A stretch of DNA of 64,000 nucleotides, from assembly GCA_963750755.1 (NCBI GenBank), contig CAVVRW010000005.1, positions 72,605 through 136,604 on the forward strand, in the 5' to 3' direction. The first letter of the stretch is position 1. Each line of letters begins with the position of its first letter. The stretch comes from an uncultured Actinomycetota bacterium (GTDB taxonomy: Bacteria > Actinomycetota > Actinomycetes > Mycobacteriales > Mycobacteriaceae). Under the pieces are notes generated by a model, which was not told the DNA's origin, searched no databases, and saw only the letters and a program-made list of their open reading frames with translations. Shown here in pieces: positions 48,706 through 58,325 of this stretch. A program made the position numbers and the translations under genes.

Positions 48706-50169
48706 ATGGCGTCCGAATCACCGCGACGGCTGAACGGTCTGTCGGACATTCGTGCGTTCTTCCACACCAATGCCGTACCGCTGTTCTTTATCTCGCCCAC
48801 CCCGTTCAACCTGCTGGGCGTCGACCGCTGGATACGAAACTTCTTCTACCTCACCTACTTTGACTCGTTCGAGGGAACACATTCGCGCGTGTTCGTGCCT
48901 CGACGTCGGGACCGGCTCGACTTCGACTCGATGGGCGATGTCTGCAATCACCTGTTGACCGACCCGGAGACTGTCGAGTTCATCGCAAGTCGGGGCCCCG
49001 GAGGCAAGGCGTGCTTCGTGATGATGGACGAAGAAACGCAGCGGTTGGCCCGGCAGGCGGGTCTGGAAGTCATGCATCCGCCGGTGCGGTTACGTGAGCG
49101 TCTCGGCTCCAAGACCGTCATGACGCGTCTGGCCGACGAGGCAGGAGTGCCGAGTGTTCCGCATGTGATGGGCCGGGCCAGCTGCTATGACGAATTGCTG
49201 AAGCTGGCACAGGACGCCGATTTGGGCGACGACCTCGTCATCTCCATTCCCTTCGGTAATGCCGGCAGCGGCACGTTCTTCGTTCGCGGGCAGGCCGACT
49301 GGGACGAGCATGCCAAGGAACTGACCGAGCAATCGGAATTCAAGGTGATGAAGCGCATTCGCAACGTCGAGGTGTGCATCGAGGGCGCGGTCACTCGTCA
49401 CGGCACCGCGATCGGCCCGGCGATGACCAGCCTCGTCGGCTATCGGGAACTGACGCCGCACCGAGGAGCCTGGTGCGGCAATGACATTTGGCGCGAGGTG
49501 CTGCCGCCCGATCAGACGCACGCGGCCCGGGAGATCGTGCGCAAATTGGGCGACATCCTGAACCGCGAGGGTTATCGGGGCTATTTCGAGGTGGATCTGC
49601 TGCACGACCTGGACTCCGACGAGCTCTACCTCGGCGAGGTCAACCCGCGCTTGAGCGGAGCCAGCCCAATGACCAACCTGACGACTGAGGCCTATGCCGA
49701 CATGCCGTTGTTCCTCTTCCATCTGCTGGAGTACATGGACGTCGACTACGAGCTGGACATCGACGGCATCAACGACCGTTGGGAACGCGGTTACGGTGAG
49801 GACGAGGTCTGGGGCCAAGTCATCATCAATGAAACATCCTCGGATGTAGAGCTTTTCACCGCGACACCGCGCACCGGGGTGTGGCGGATCGACGACGACG
49901 GGCGTGTCTCGTTCGCGCGGCCGGCCAACGACTGGGCCACTTTGCTCGACGGGTCAGAAGCGTTCTACATGCGCGTGGCCGCTCCGGGCGATCTCCGCTC
50001 CGAGGGCGCTCAACTCGGCGTCCTGGTCACCCGCGGACACTTGCAGACCGACGACTACCGGCTAACCGAACGCTGCCAGCGTTGGGTCAAGGGCATGCGA
50101 GCGAAATTTGTCTCGACGCCGTTGGCTCCGGCCGCGCCGATCGTCTCTCGGCTCGTCGCACGAGCGTGA
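48706..50169 (+). CDS. ATP-grasp family ligase-like protein, substrate unknown
   Basis: The start MASESPRRL is preferred. GSKTVMTRLADEAGVPSVP ... FKVMKRI ... YRGYFEVDLL ... LGEVNPRLSGASP is typical ATP-grasp. About 487 aa. Confidence 0.7.
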   Translation: MASESPRRLNGLSDIRAFFHTNAVPLFFISPTPFNLLGVDRWIRNFFYLTYFDSFEGTHSRVFVPRRRDRLDFDSMGDVCNHLLTDPETVEFIASRGPGGKACFVMMDEETQRLARQAGLEVMHPPVRLRERLGSKTVMTRLADEAGVPSVPHVMGRASCYDELLKLAQDADLGDDLVISIPFGNAGSGTFFVRGQADWDEHAKELTEQSEFKVMKRIRNVEVCIEGAVTRHGTAIGPAMTSLVGYRELTPHRGAWCGNDIWREVLPPDQTHAAREIVRKLGDILNREGYRGYFEVDLLHDLDSDELYLGEVNPRLSGASPMTNLTTEAYADMPLFLFHLLEYMDVDYELDIDGINDRWERGYGEDEVWGQVIINETSSDVELFTATPRTGVWRIDDDGRVSFARPANDWATLLDGSEAFYMRVAAPGDLRSEGAQLGVLVTRGHLQTDDYRLTERCQRWVKGMRAKFVSTPLAPAAPIVSRLVARA

Positions 50170-51347
50170 CAGCCGGCCAACCGAAGAGTGCCCCGGCCGG
50201 CATCTCGTTGGAGAATTGGCTGTCGCCGCCTTACTCGCAGTGGTCGTTTCAGCACGTGGACGACTTCGTGCCGACCACGCTGATCTCTCGCGGCAGCGGC
50301 CCGGTTGCGCGCTTCCGTAAAGCCGGTGTACCTGTGGCCGACTTTCCGGTCCCCGTGTCCGACGGGCGAGTGAGCAGCGTCGCAGCGGTCATGGCCGCCA
50401 CCGCCACCGACGGGTGGGCTGTCGTACACCGGGGACGCCTGGTGGTCGAGGACTACCTCGACGGGATGACGGCCGATTCGCGGCATCTGGTGTTCTCGGT
50501 GAGCAAGTCTCTGGTCGGCACGGTAGTTGGCGTATTGCACGCCGCAGGCGCCATCGACCTCGATGCGGATGTCACGAATTTCATTCCCGCGCTTGAGAAT
50601 TCAGGCTATGCCGGTGCCACCGTCCGTCATTTGCTCGATATGCGGTCGGGCATTGAGTTCCGCGAGGATTACAGCGAACCGGCCGCTGAAATACACCTGC
50701 TGGACCAGGCGATGGGCTGGGCTCCGAAAACGAGCCCGACTGCGCCCGCCACGGTGCGCGACTTGTTGCTCACCTTGCGGAAAAAATCGCCGCACGGCGG
50801 GCGGTTCGAGTACCGCTCGTGCGAGACCGACGTGCTCGGTTGGGTCTGCGAAGTCGCGGCCAGCCAGCCGATGTCCGAGCTGATGTCCGAATGCCTGTGG
50901 GGACGTATCGGCGCCGAGTACGACGCCACCATTGCCGTAGACCCAGCCGGTACCGGATTCTTCGACGGCGGTGTTAACGCTGCCCTGCTCGACCTCATCC
51001 GGTTCGGCTCACTTTTCCTGCACGAAGGCGTGTCCTTGACCGGCAATCAGGTGGTGCCGGCGGCGTGGATCGCCGACACGCTCGCCGGTGGACCCGACTC
51101 GCGTCAGGCCTTCGCCGCGAATCCGGACGACACTGATCTGCCGGGTGGCATGTACCGCAACCAGGTGTGGATCCCCTACCGGGGCAGCGACGTCGTGTTG
51201 TGCCTGGGCATGTGCGGACAGATGATCTACGTCAACCGTGCCACCGACACGATTGCCGCCAAGGTTTCCGCGCAGCCCCACTCGCACGAGCCGCACATGC
51301 TCGACACCCTGCGTGCGTTCGACGCTGTGGCGCACGAACTGGGCTGA
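50166..51347 (+). CDS. Beta-lactamase-fold serine hydrolase family protein
   Basis: The GTG at 50166 overlaps the ATP-grasp stop (GTGA). SxxK motif FSVSKSLVG. About 393 aa. Confidence 0.75.
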   Translation: MTAGQPKSAPAGISLENWLSPPYSQWSFQHVDDFVPTTLISRGSGPVARFRKAGVPVADFPVPVSDGRVSSVAAVMAATATDGWAVVHRGRLVVEDYLDGMTADSRHLVFSVSKSLVGTVVGVLHAAGAIDLDADVTNFIPALENSGYAGATVRHLLDMRSGIEFREDYSEPAAEIHLLDQAMGWAPKTSPTAPATVRDLLLTLRKKSPHGGRFEYRSCETDVLGWVCEVAASQPMSELMSECLWGRIGAEYDATIAVDPAGTGFFDGGVNAALLDLIRFGSLFLHEGVSLTGNQVVPAAWIADTLAGGPDSRQAFAANPDDTDLPGGMYRNQVWIPYRGSDVVLCLGMCGQMIYVNRATDTIAAKVSAQPHSHEPHMLDTLRAFDAVAHELG

Positions 51348-51371
51348 CGCCGAACACTTGGAGATTCAGCG

Positions 51372-52199
51372 CTAGTCAGCCGATGAGCGTTCCACTTCGT
51401 CACGCTCCTGATAGAGGCGGTCCTTGCTACGCAGCAGCCGCGGAAGGGTCACCAACACCAGTCCTCCGACCACGTTACCGATGGCGGTGTAGGCGAACCA
51501 ATACAACCAATCGAGATAGCCAAACGGCGCCTTGCCCGTGACGAGGGCGCCAAAGATCAACAGCGAGTCCAGGATTGAGTGGAACAGCTGCAAACCGGCG
51601 AGCAAGAATGCGATAGCGACGGCCGCCGCCATCTTTCCGACCATCGCATCGGTGCCGTGTTGCATGCGCGTCATCAGGGTGATGGCCATTCCGCCGAGCA
51701 CTGCCAACGACAGCGTCTGCGCTGACAGCGGGGCCAGCGCGAAGTGCGCGCCGGACTCGATCGCCTGGGCGTGAAGCTGGGGAAATGCTTCCATGATCAT
51801 CCACATCAAGAACCAGCCACCGGCGAGGTTCGCGGCCAGAGTGCCGCCCCACAACTTCAACAGCTGCGCGATGCTGGCACGCTTGGCGGCCACCGTCGTA
51901 ATGGGGATCAGAAAGCCTTCGGTGAACAGTTCGCTGCGACCGAGCAACAGCGCCAAGAAACCGATTGAGAAAGCGATCCCGCCGAGCAGCGGGTTGTGTG
52001 TCTCGTGCAGCACCGATAGATAGGCAAGGACGCCCATCGCGACCTCCGTGCCGCCAAAGAAGCCCGTCACCATCACTCCGCGCCACGTCCGGTGCAAGCG
52101 CTGGGTGCCTTCGGCGACCATTCTGCGGAACGCCCGCTCGAGTTCGTCCTCGATAGGGCTGTCGGACTCGCCGAGCTGGCGCTGGCTCGTTTCACTCAT
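51372..52199 (-). CDS. Formate/nitrite transporter (FNT) family channel
   Basis: 275 aa, 6 TM segments, LLGRSELFTEGF motif. Confidence 0.8.
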   Translation of the reverse strand: MSETSQRQLGESDSPIEDELERAFRRMVAEGTQRLHRTWRGVMVTGFFGGTEVAMGVLAYLSVLHETHNPLLGGIAFSIGFLALLLGRSELFTEGFLIPITTVAAKRASIAQLLKLWGGTLAANLAGGWFLMWMIMEAFPQLHAQAIESGAHFALAPLSAQTLSLAVLGGMAITLMTRMQHGTDAMVGKMAAAVAIAFLLAGLQLFHSILDSLLIFGALVTGKAPFGYLDWLYWFAYTAIGNVVGGLVLVTLPRLLRSKDRLYQERDEVERSSAD

Positions 52200-52373
52200 G
52201 TCGGTCCTTACGAATAGTCATACATTGACCTCACGGATACCCCACAACACGTCGCCTACCAGCGATGTGGCACAAGACACGACCTCGAGACCACGCCGGT
52301 GACCGGCGCTGGAACGGCGTTGGCGCGCTGACACTCGCTGCACGACGCACTCGAGGAGGTAACTTCGTCCGCT

Positions 52374-53177
52374 ATGGGTGCTTTGGACGGACGCGTTGCC
52401 TTGATCACCGGCGGAGCTCGTGGGCAGGGCCGCGCGCATGCGCTGGCGCTGGCCGCCGAAGGTGCCGACGTCGTCGTCGCCGACGCGCCGAACGCGATGG
52501 CCGACCTGACCTACCCGCTGGGCACCGAAGACGACCTTCGCGAGACCGCGAAACTGGTCGACGAACTCGGCCGCCGCTGCGTGCCGCTGACTCTGGACGT
52601 GCGCGACGGTGCCGCCGTCGAGGCGGCGGTGAAGCAGACCGTCGCCGACCTGGGCAGCCTCGACATTGTCGTGGCCAACGCCGGCATCGTCAGCACCGGG
52701 CCGCTGGACGAGGTCAGCGACGGCGTCTGGCAGCAACTGATCGACACCAACCTGACCGGCGCGTTCCACACCCTGCGCGCGGCCATCCCGGTGATGCGGC
52801 AACAGCGATTCGGACGGATCGTCGTCACCTCCTCGATGGGCGGCCGGATGGGCATCCCCGACCTGGCCGCTTACAACGCCACCAAGTGGGGCGTCATCGG
52901 CCTGGCGAAGTCCGCCGCGCTCGAGGTCGCCAAGGAGGGCGTCACGATCAACGTCGTCTGCCCGACCACTACGCAGACCCCGATGGTGCAGCCCCCCGGC
53001 GGCGACGACATCCCGGACGACCTGGTGCGCCGGATGATGAAGGCCAACCCCATCCCGCAGCCGTGGCTGCAACCCGAAGACGTCAGCCGGGGAGTGCTGT
53101 ACCTGGTTACCGACCCGGGTGTGATCACCGGCAGCGTGCTGGAGATCGGCCTCGGCGGTAGCGCTCGTATCCACTGA
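52374..53177 (+). CDS. SDR-family oxidoreductase, carveol-dehydrogenase / mycofactocin-coupled SDR type
   Basis: GRVALITGGARGQGRAHALALAAEGADVV and the insert ..LTYPLGTEDDL.. are typical of this subgroup. The Y..K motif is AYNATK. Confidence 0.75.
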   Translation: MGALDGRVALITGGARGQGRAHALALAAEGADVVVADAPNAMADLTYPLGTEDDLRETAKLVDELGRRCVPLTLDVRDGAAVEAAVKQTVADLGSLDIVVANAGIVSTGPLDEVSDGVWQQLIDTNLTGAFHTLRAAIPVMRQQRFGRIVVTSSMGGRMGIPDLAAYNATKWGVIGLAKSAALEVAKEGVTINVVCPTTTQTPMVQPPGGDDIPDDLVRRMMKANPIPQPWLQPEDVSRGVLYLVTDPGVITGSVLEIGLGGSARIH

Positions 53178-53234
53178 CGCTCAAGCGTTTACGAATTCGC
53201 TCCGCTGCGCGACGGGAGTCGGGGACGGCGACGG

Positions 53235-54446
53235 CTATGCAGCGGATTTTTCCAGGATGTGGACGCCGCATGCCGAGCCGAGGCCTATCACGTGAGCCAA
53301 CCCGACCTTGGCGTTCTCGATCTGCCGGTCGCCGGCTTCACCGCGCAGGTGGTGGCAGATCTCCCAGATATTGGCGATTCCGGTGGCCGCGATGGGATGC
53401 CCTTTCGACTGCAACCCGCCCGAGACGTTCACCGGCGTCGAACCGTCCCGCCACGTCGCGCCGGTGTTGAAAAAGTCTGCGGCGCCGCCCTTTTCGCACA
53501 GCATAAGGTTGTCGTAGTGCACCAGCTCGGCGGTGGCGAAGCAGTCGTGCAACTCGACCAGGTCGAGATCGCCAGGGCCGATGCCGGCCTGCTCGTAGGC
53601 GGTCGCGGCGGCGTTGCGGGTCAGCGTGTTGACGTTCGGCAACACCTGACAGCCGTCCTCGAACGGATCGGTGGTCAGGATCGAAGCCGCCACCTTCACG
53701 GCTCGCTTGCGCTGCTGCAGCGACAGCGACTTCAGCGTTTCCCCGTCGCACACCACCGCGGCCGCGGCGCCGTCGCAGTTGGCCGAACACATCGGTCGCG
53801 TATTCGGGTAGGCGATCATGACGTCGTTCATGATCTGCTCGAGGGTGAACTTCTTCTGGTACGCGGCTAGTGGATTCAGCGTCGAATGGGCGTGGTTTTT
53901 CTCGCTGATCTTGGCGAACAATTCGAAGCTGGTGCCGCCGTATTTGTGGCCGTATTCGGTGCCGATCTGGGCGAACACGCCGGGCATCGACTCGGTGCCG
54001 ATCCGCCCGTCCACCGGGGCGACGGCGCCGTAGCGGCCTTTAGGCTCCCAGATGTCGGCGTCACCCTTCTTCTTGCCGGCACCGCCGAGCAATCCCGCGC
54101 CGGACAGCTTTTCCACCCCGACCGCAAGGCCGTACTTCACCTCGCCGGCCTTGACGGCCATGATCGCGGTGCGCAACGCGGTGGCACCGGTGGCGCAGGC
54201 ATTGGCCACGTTGTAGACCGGGATACCGGTCTGGCCGATTTGCTTCTGCAGCTGCTGGCCGATACCGGCGTTGGCCGCCATCAGATTCCCGGCCGCGATG
54301 ACGCCGATATCGGCCATCGTCACCCCCGCATCGGCGAGGGCCCCGCTCGCCGCCTCGGCCGCGAGGTCAACGGTGTCTTTGTCGGCGTGCTTGCCGAATT
54401 TGGTCATCCGGATACCGAGGATCCAAATGTCGTCACTGGCGCTCAT
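53235..54446 (-). CDS. Thiolase-like lipid-transfer protein (SCP-x/Ltp type)
   Basis: 403 aa. VYNVANACATGATAL and GGLQSKGHPIAATG motifs. Paired with the upstream OB-fold gene. Confidence 0.85.
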   Translation of the reverse strand: MSASDDIWILGIRMTKFGKHADKDTVDLAAEAASGALADAGVTMADIGVIAAGNLMAANAGIGQQLQKQIGQTGIPVYNVANACATGATALRTAIMAVKAGEVKYGLAVGVEKLSGAGLLGGAGKKKGDADIWEPKGRYGAVAPVDGRIGTESMPGVFAQIGTEYGHKYGGTSFELFAKISEKNHAHSTLNPLAAYQKKFTLEQIMNDVMIAYPNTRPMCSANCDGAAAAVVCDGETLKSLSLQQRKRAVKVAASILTTDPFEDGCQVLPNVNTLTRNAAATAYEQAGIGPGDLDLVELHDCFATAELVHYDNLMLCEKGGAADFFNTGATWRDGSTPVNVSGGLQSKGHPIAATGIANIWEICHHLRGEAGDRQIENAKVGLAHVIGLGSACGVHILEKSAA

Positions 54447-54471
54447 GTGGCTGCTCCTTTTATATGGTTCG

Positions 54472-54873
54472 TCAGGTCGCGGGCTCGAAGCCGAAGCCGA
54501 TGGCCTCGGTTCCCGCCGAGTCAGTGCCGATCGGGAACGTCGTCAGCCGCACCTTCATGCCGTCGCGGATGTGCTCGGGATCGGGCTCGATGTTGACCAA
54601 ATTCGCGCGTACCCGGGTCCCGTCGCAATCGACCACCGAGGCAACGAAAGGGGTCTGAATGCCCGGTGCGGCAAACGTGACGATCGTGAACGCCCGCACC
54701 GTGCCTTCGGTCGGGACCGCAACAGTCCTGAATTCCGACGAGAAACAACTGGCACAAGCGTTGCGCCGATCGAAAAATCGGGCTGCGCAGTTTGTGCATT
54801 CCTGCGCGACCAGGTGTGGGTTACCGTCGTCGAGCACCAAATAGTCGACCAGCGGAATCTGCCCCGTCATCAC
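54472..54873 (-). CDS. Zn-ribbon / OB-fold (DUF35) protein, thiolase partner
   Basis: 133 aa. CTNCAARFFDRRNACASC zinc ribbon followed by an OB fold. Confidence 0.8.
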   Translation of the reverse strand: MMTGQIPLVDYLVLDDGNPHLVAQECTNCAARFFDRRNACASCFSSEFRTVAVPTEGTVRAFTIVTFAAPGIQTPFVASVVDCDGTRVRANLVNIEPDPEHIRDGMKVRLTTFPIGTDSAGTEAIGFGFEPAT

Positions 54874-55141
54874 ACCTCCGATGTCTGTACTGTCGACCGT
54901 AGTCAGTTCGGTTCAGCCGCAGAAGCCGATTATCAAGATCAGGCATAGCAAAACGAGACTTCCACCGCCAGCTCTGGTGAGACTGGCGCGCGCTGAACTC
55001 ACGCGCTTCAACACGTTTCCGCAGGCTGTAGCCGAAACGTGACCGATGCTTTACCGAATTGCTAACGCGCCCTTGCCGGTCCAAGATTCCGGACGTGCCT
55101 AGTATCGCTATTGCAACGTCGTCTACTAAAGGAACTGGTGG

Positions 55142-55948
55142 ATGCGCACGGTCTTTCGGTCTGTTCTGTTGGCGGCTGGTACCGCCGCATCGGTTGTAGC
55201 CGGCCCCGCTGGCGTCAGCCTCGCCGCATCGGACCAGTCGTTCCGATTTCCAATCGCGTCGGTTGGACCGACCGCGGGCGAGGTCGTGGGCGTCGCGTAC
55301 CCGGTTGCCGTCACGTTCCGCTCCCCTGTGACCGACCGGGCCGCCGCGGAACGCGCCGTGCGCGTGAGCTCATCGCCACCGATGACCGGAAGGTATGAGT
55401 GGGTCAATAACGAAGTCGCGCAATGGGTTCCGGACCGGTTCTGGCCGGCTCACAGCACGATCGCCCTGTCGGTGGGCGGCGCGTCGGCGGAGATCAAGAC
55501 CGGCCCCGCGGTGCTCGGCCTCGCCGACATCTCCGACCACACGTTCACGGTCAGCGTCGACGGGATTCCGAGCGGTCCATCGGAGCAGCTGCCGACGCCA
55601 CACCATCAAACCCACTATGGGGAGCCGGGCGTGATGCCCGCCTCGATGGGCCGGCCGCATTTCCCGACGCCCGCGGGCATTTACACGGTGCTGTCGAAAG
55701 AGCGCACGGTCATGATGGATTCGAGCAGCGTCGGCGTTCCGATCACCGACCCCGAGGGCTACAAGACGCCGGTGGAGTATGCGACCAGATTCACCAACCG
55801 AGGGCTGTTCGTCCATTCGGCCCCGTGGGCCGTCAACGCCCTGGGTCGCGAAAATGTCAGCCACGGCTGCATCAGCCTGAGTCCTGCCGACGCCGAGTGG
55901 TACTTCAATCACGCCAACGTCGGTGACCCGATAGTGGTCAAGGAGTAA
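55142..55948 (+). CDS. L,D-transpeptidase (YkuD domain)
   Basis: 268 aa with a signal peptide. The catalytic motif is HSAPW ... SHGCISLSPADAEWYF. Confidence 0.88.
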   Translation: MRTVFRSVLLAAGTAASVVAGPAGVSLAASDQSFRFPIASVGPTAGEVVGVAYPVAVTFRSPVTDRAAAERAVRVSSSPPMTGRYEWVNNEVAQWVPDRFWPAHSTIALSVGGASAEIKTGPAVLGLADISDHTFTVSVDGIPSGPSEQLPTPHHQTHYGEPGVMPASMGRPHFPTPAGIYTVLSKERTVMMDSSSVGVPITDPEGYKTPVEYATRFTNRGLFVHSAPWAVNALGRENVSHGCISLSPADAEWYFNHANVGDPIVVKE

Positions 55949-55976
55949 GTCTCACAGCGTTTTTCACTAGACGCAA

Positions 55977-56012
55977 GGAGATGCCCCCCGACTTGAGCCG
56001 GGGGGCATCTCC
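55977..56012. terminator. Strong bidirectional stem-loop between convergent genes
   Basis: GGAGATGCCCCCCG-acttgagc-CGGGGGGCATCTCC, a 14-bp perfect stem, followed by TTTCTG. Confidence 0.8.
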
Positions 56013-56020
56013 TTTCTGTC

Positions 56021-56584
56021 TCAGGCTCCAGGGCCGGGCGGCAGCGGGTCACCGGGAAGTGGGCCGCTCGTCGGCACCGAACCGGCCGGCGCGCCTTTAC
56101 CACCGGCCACGCCGGCCATGTCCGCGATCGGTGCGCCGGGCACACCGCCCAACGCGATCAGCGGGGCACCGGCCGGAACGGCAACGGGCAGTGGGGCTCC
56201 GGCGGGGATCGGAGCACCGGCAGGCACCGGCAGTCCGGCGGGGATAGGAAGTCCGCCGGGAATGGGCGCACCACCCAGAACGGGAGCGCCGACGGGTAGC
56301 GGCGCTCCGGCCATGTCGGTCACCGCCGCGCCCGCGGGCGCACAGGCGCTCCCGGCTCCGGCGGTGCCAACTCCACCGGCTCCACCGGCTCCGGCGGCAC
56401 CTGCCGCACCTGCCGCACCTGCGGCGGCCGGCGCGCCGACTTCACCGGACGCGCCGTACATGCACGCGGCGCCACCCGTCTTCAACGGCATAGCTCCAGC
56501 GTGGGGACACAGTGCTATGGCAGCACCGCATAACCCAACGCCAGCAACAACTTTGATGCTGAATCGGTCAGTCATCGACGTCAA
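56021..56584 (-). CDS. Exported Ala/Gly/Pro-rich low-complexity protein
   Basis: 187 aa with an N-terminal hydrophobic signal-like segment, followed by GAAGAAGAAGAGGAGG and (G)AP(I/L/V)P(A/G)G repeats. Confidence 0.5.
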   Translation of the reverse strand: MTSMTDRFSIKVVAGVGLCGAAIALCPHAGAMPLKTGGAACMYGASGEVGAPAAAGAAGAAGAAGAGGAGGVGTAGAGSACAPAGAAVTDMAGAPLPVGAPVLGGAPIPGGLPIPAGLPVPAGAPIPAGAPLPVAVPAGAPLIALGGVPGAPIADMAGVAGGKGAPAGSVPTSGPLPGDPLPPGPGA

Positions 56585-56865
56585 CTCTCTCTATCACGGC
56601 GAGGCTGGAGCCTGCAGATCAACACCGGTGCAACCGCACCGGAGCCGCGCTTCTTGCGGCCACCTAAGTTCTAGTGGACCTGTGTTCAACACGCACCACG
56701 CCGCACCGCACCGTTTTCAAATAGAGACGTTTGATCCGGTTTATTGGACAACCGACTCGGAAACGTCGACCGATTGTAATTGTGTGCGAAACCTACAGCA
56801 GCACTTCGTGTTTGACCTGTTACATCACGAATCGGTCTCGAACACGTTGCAAGGCAACGTATTTG

Positions 56866-57537
56866 TCAGCGAATGTAGACTTCGCGGCCGGTCGGGTAAC
56901 CTCCACCGTGCGTGGTGATGTGCACGTGGTCGTAGTGGCCGTAACCGGATCCGGACGGACCCTTGGGCGTGTAGTACGTACCGCGCCAGATGCAGTCCTG
57001 CAGCGAGAACTTGTCCGCGTTCTTGAGCGCGAACGCGACGATCTGGTTGCCGAGTGCGATACCAGCCGCGCTGGACGGATTGGGGATCATCACGTCGATC
57101 GCCAGGCCCCGGGGGTGCCAGGGAAGCGCGTCGGGTCGGACGCCGCCGATGTTCTTGATTTCCGGGAAGATGGTACTGATGGTGCGAGCCACCAGGATGG
57201 TCTTCACCTGCATGCCGCGTTCGGGGGCCACATCGGCGGTCAACACCTGCGGAGCGTTCATGGAAGCGACGTGCCAACGCGATGCGCGCGACGCGGAGGC
57301 CGTCTCGGCCGCGGCGCCGTCGGCCTGCACGCCCGACGCGGACCACGAGGATGCCATCGGCATGCCGGCTGTCAACTGCAGTTCACAGCACGGGGTCACG
57401 TCGTCAGCAACCTTGCCGTGACGGTCCTCGGAATGGGCGCTGCCCCCGAGGGCAAATATGACGGCGACCGGGGCGGCGACCGCAGCCATCAGTACCGGCG
57501 TTTTACGCCTACTGCTGGCTAACCTGTGACGAGGCAC
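56866..57537 (-). CDS. Exported LAS-type (Hx6D ... HxH) metallopeptidase-like protein; putative peptidoglycan hydrolase
   Basis: 223 aa. WHPRGLAIDV (H-x6-D) and HYDHVHITTH motifs. N-terminal TM or signal segment. Confidence 0.6.
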   Translation of the reverse strand: MPRHRLASSRRKTPVLMAAVAAPVAVIFALGGSAHSEDRHGKVADDVTPCCELQLTAGMPMASSWSASGVQADGAAAETASASRASRWHVASMNAPQVLTADVAPERGMQVKTILVARTISTIFPEIKNIGGVRPDALPWHPRGLAIDVMIPNPSSAAGIALGNQIVAFALKNADKFSLQDCIWRGTYYTPKGPSGSGYGHYDHVHITTHGGGYPTGREVYIR

Positions 57538-57605
57538 GGCAGCAGCTTACGAGGTAATCGCGAAATAGTCACGATCAGATAACGAGCCGCAGGTGAGCGC
57601 CTGCT

Positions 57606-58265
57606 TCAGATCGGCCAGTTACCCGGTTCCGGCCCGAACCGAAGAGTGGCCACTGGCGGCAGCGGACGCCGTTCACCGGCCGAAATGGCATCCAGCATCA
57701 GCGCGACATACCGGCGCCACCCGTCGCTGCCCGGGTCCATCGTCTGCAGCACGCTGTACAGCATCGCCATCATTCGCGGCAGGTCGGCGGCGGCCAGATC
57801 TGAGCGGATGACCCCGGCTTGGCGGCCGCGGTCGGCCAGCTCGGTGAGCACCTCGATGAGTGCCGTTGAGATGTCGGAGGTCAGCGAACCTGCCTTGTGC
57901 GCGGCGATCAACAGGTTGCGCTCGCGCGCGCCCAGCGATATCGCCGCGTCAATCAATCGCGCAAATCCGGCCAGGGGGTCGGCGGCGCCGCGGGCCGCCT
58001 CGATCGCCGGGGTCAGATCTTCGGCGATGCACTGGTCCAGGGCGGCGCGTACCAGCTCGGCCTTGGTCGGGAACCTGCGGTAGAGCGTGCGCTCACCAAC
58101 GCCGGCCCGACGGGCGATCGCCTCGATCGGGGCCTCCGGCCCGAGTTCGTCGTACACATCTCGGGCGGCCCGCAGGATTCGCTCGGCGTTACGGGCGGCA
58201 TCGGCGCGCAACGGCCGGTCGCTTACCGCGGTCATCAGCTCAGAGTACTGACTATTGACTGCCAC
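57606..58265 (-). CDS. TetR-family transcriptional regulator
   Basis: HTH IEAIARRAGVGERTLYRRFPTKAELV. The true start may be the internal MTAVSDRPL. It is divergent from the P450 gene. Confidence 0.85.
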   Translation of the reverse strand: MAVNSQYSELMTAVSDRPLRADAARNAERILRAARDVYDELGPEAPIEAIARRAGVGERTLYRRFPTKAELVRAALDQCIAEDLTPAIEAARGAADPLAGFARLIDAAISLGARERNLLIAAHKAGSLTSDISTALIEVLTELADRGRQAGVIRSDLAAADLPRMMAMLYSVLQTMDPGSDGWRRYVALMLDAISAGERRPLPPVATLRFGPEPGNWPI

Positions 58266-58325
58266 TTAGCCGCGTTTTACGCTTCGGGTAACTGACAGCC
58301 ACCTGACATTTAGTAAGAGGCACCA

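Noticed and set aside
54874-55141. Search for a KstR-type box (TnnAACnnGTTnnA) upstream of the OB-fold/thiolase pair.
   Set aside because: I could see no convincing match. Only partial half-sites are present (TGAAC..TTCAA).
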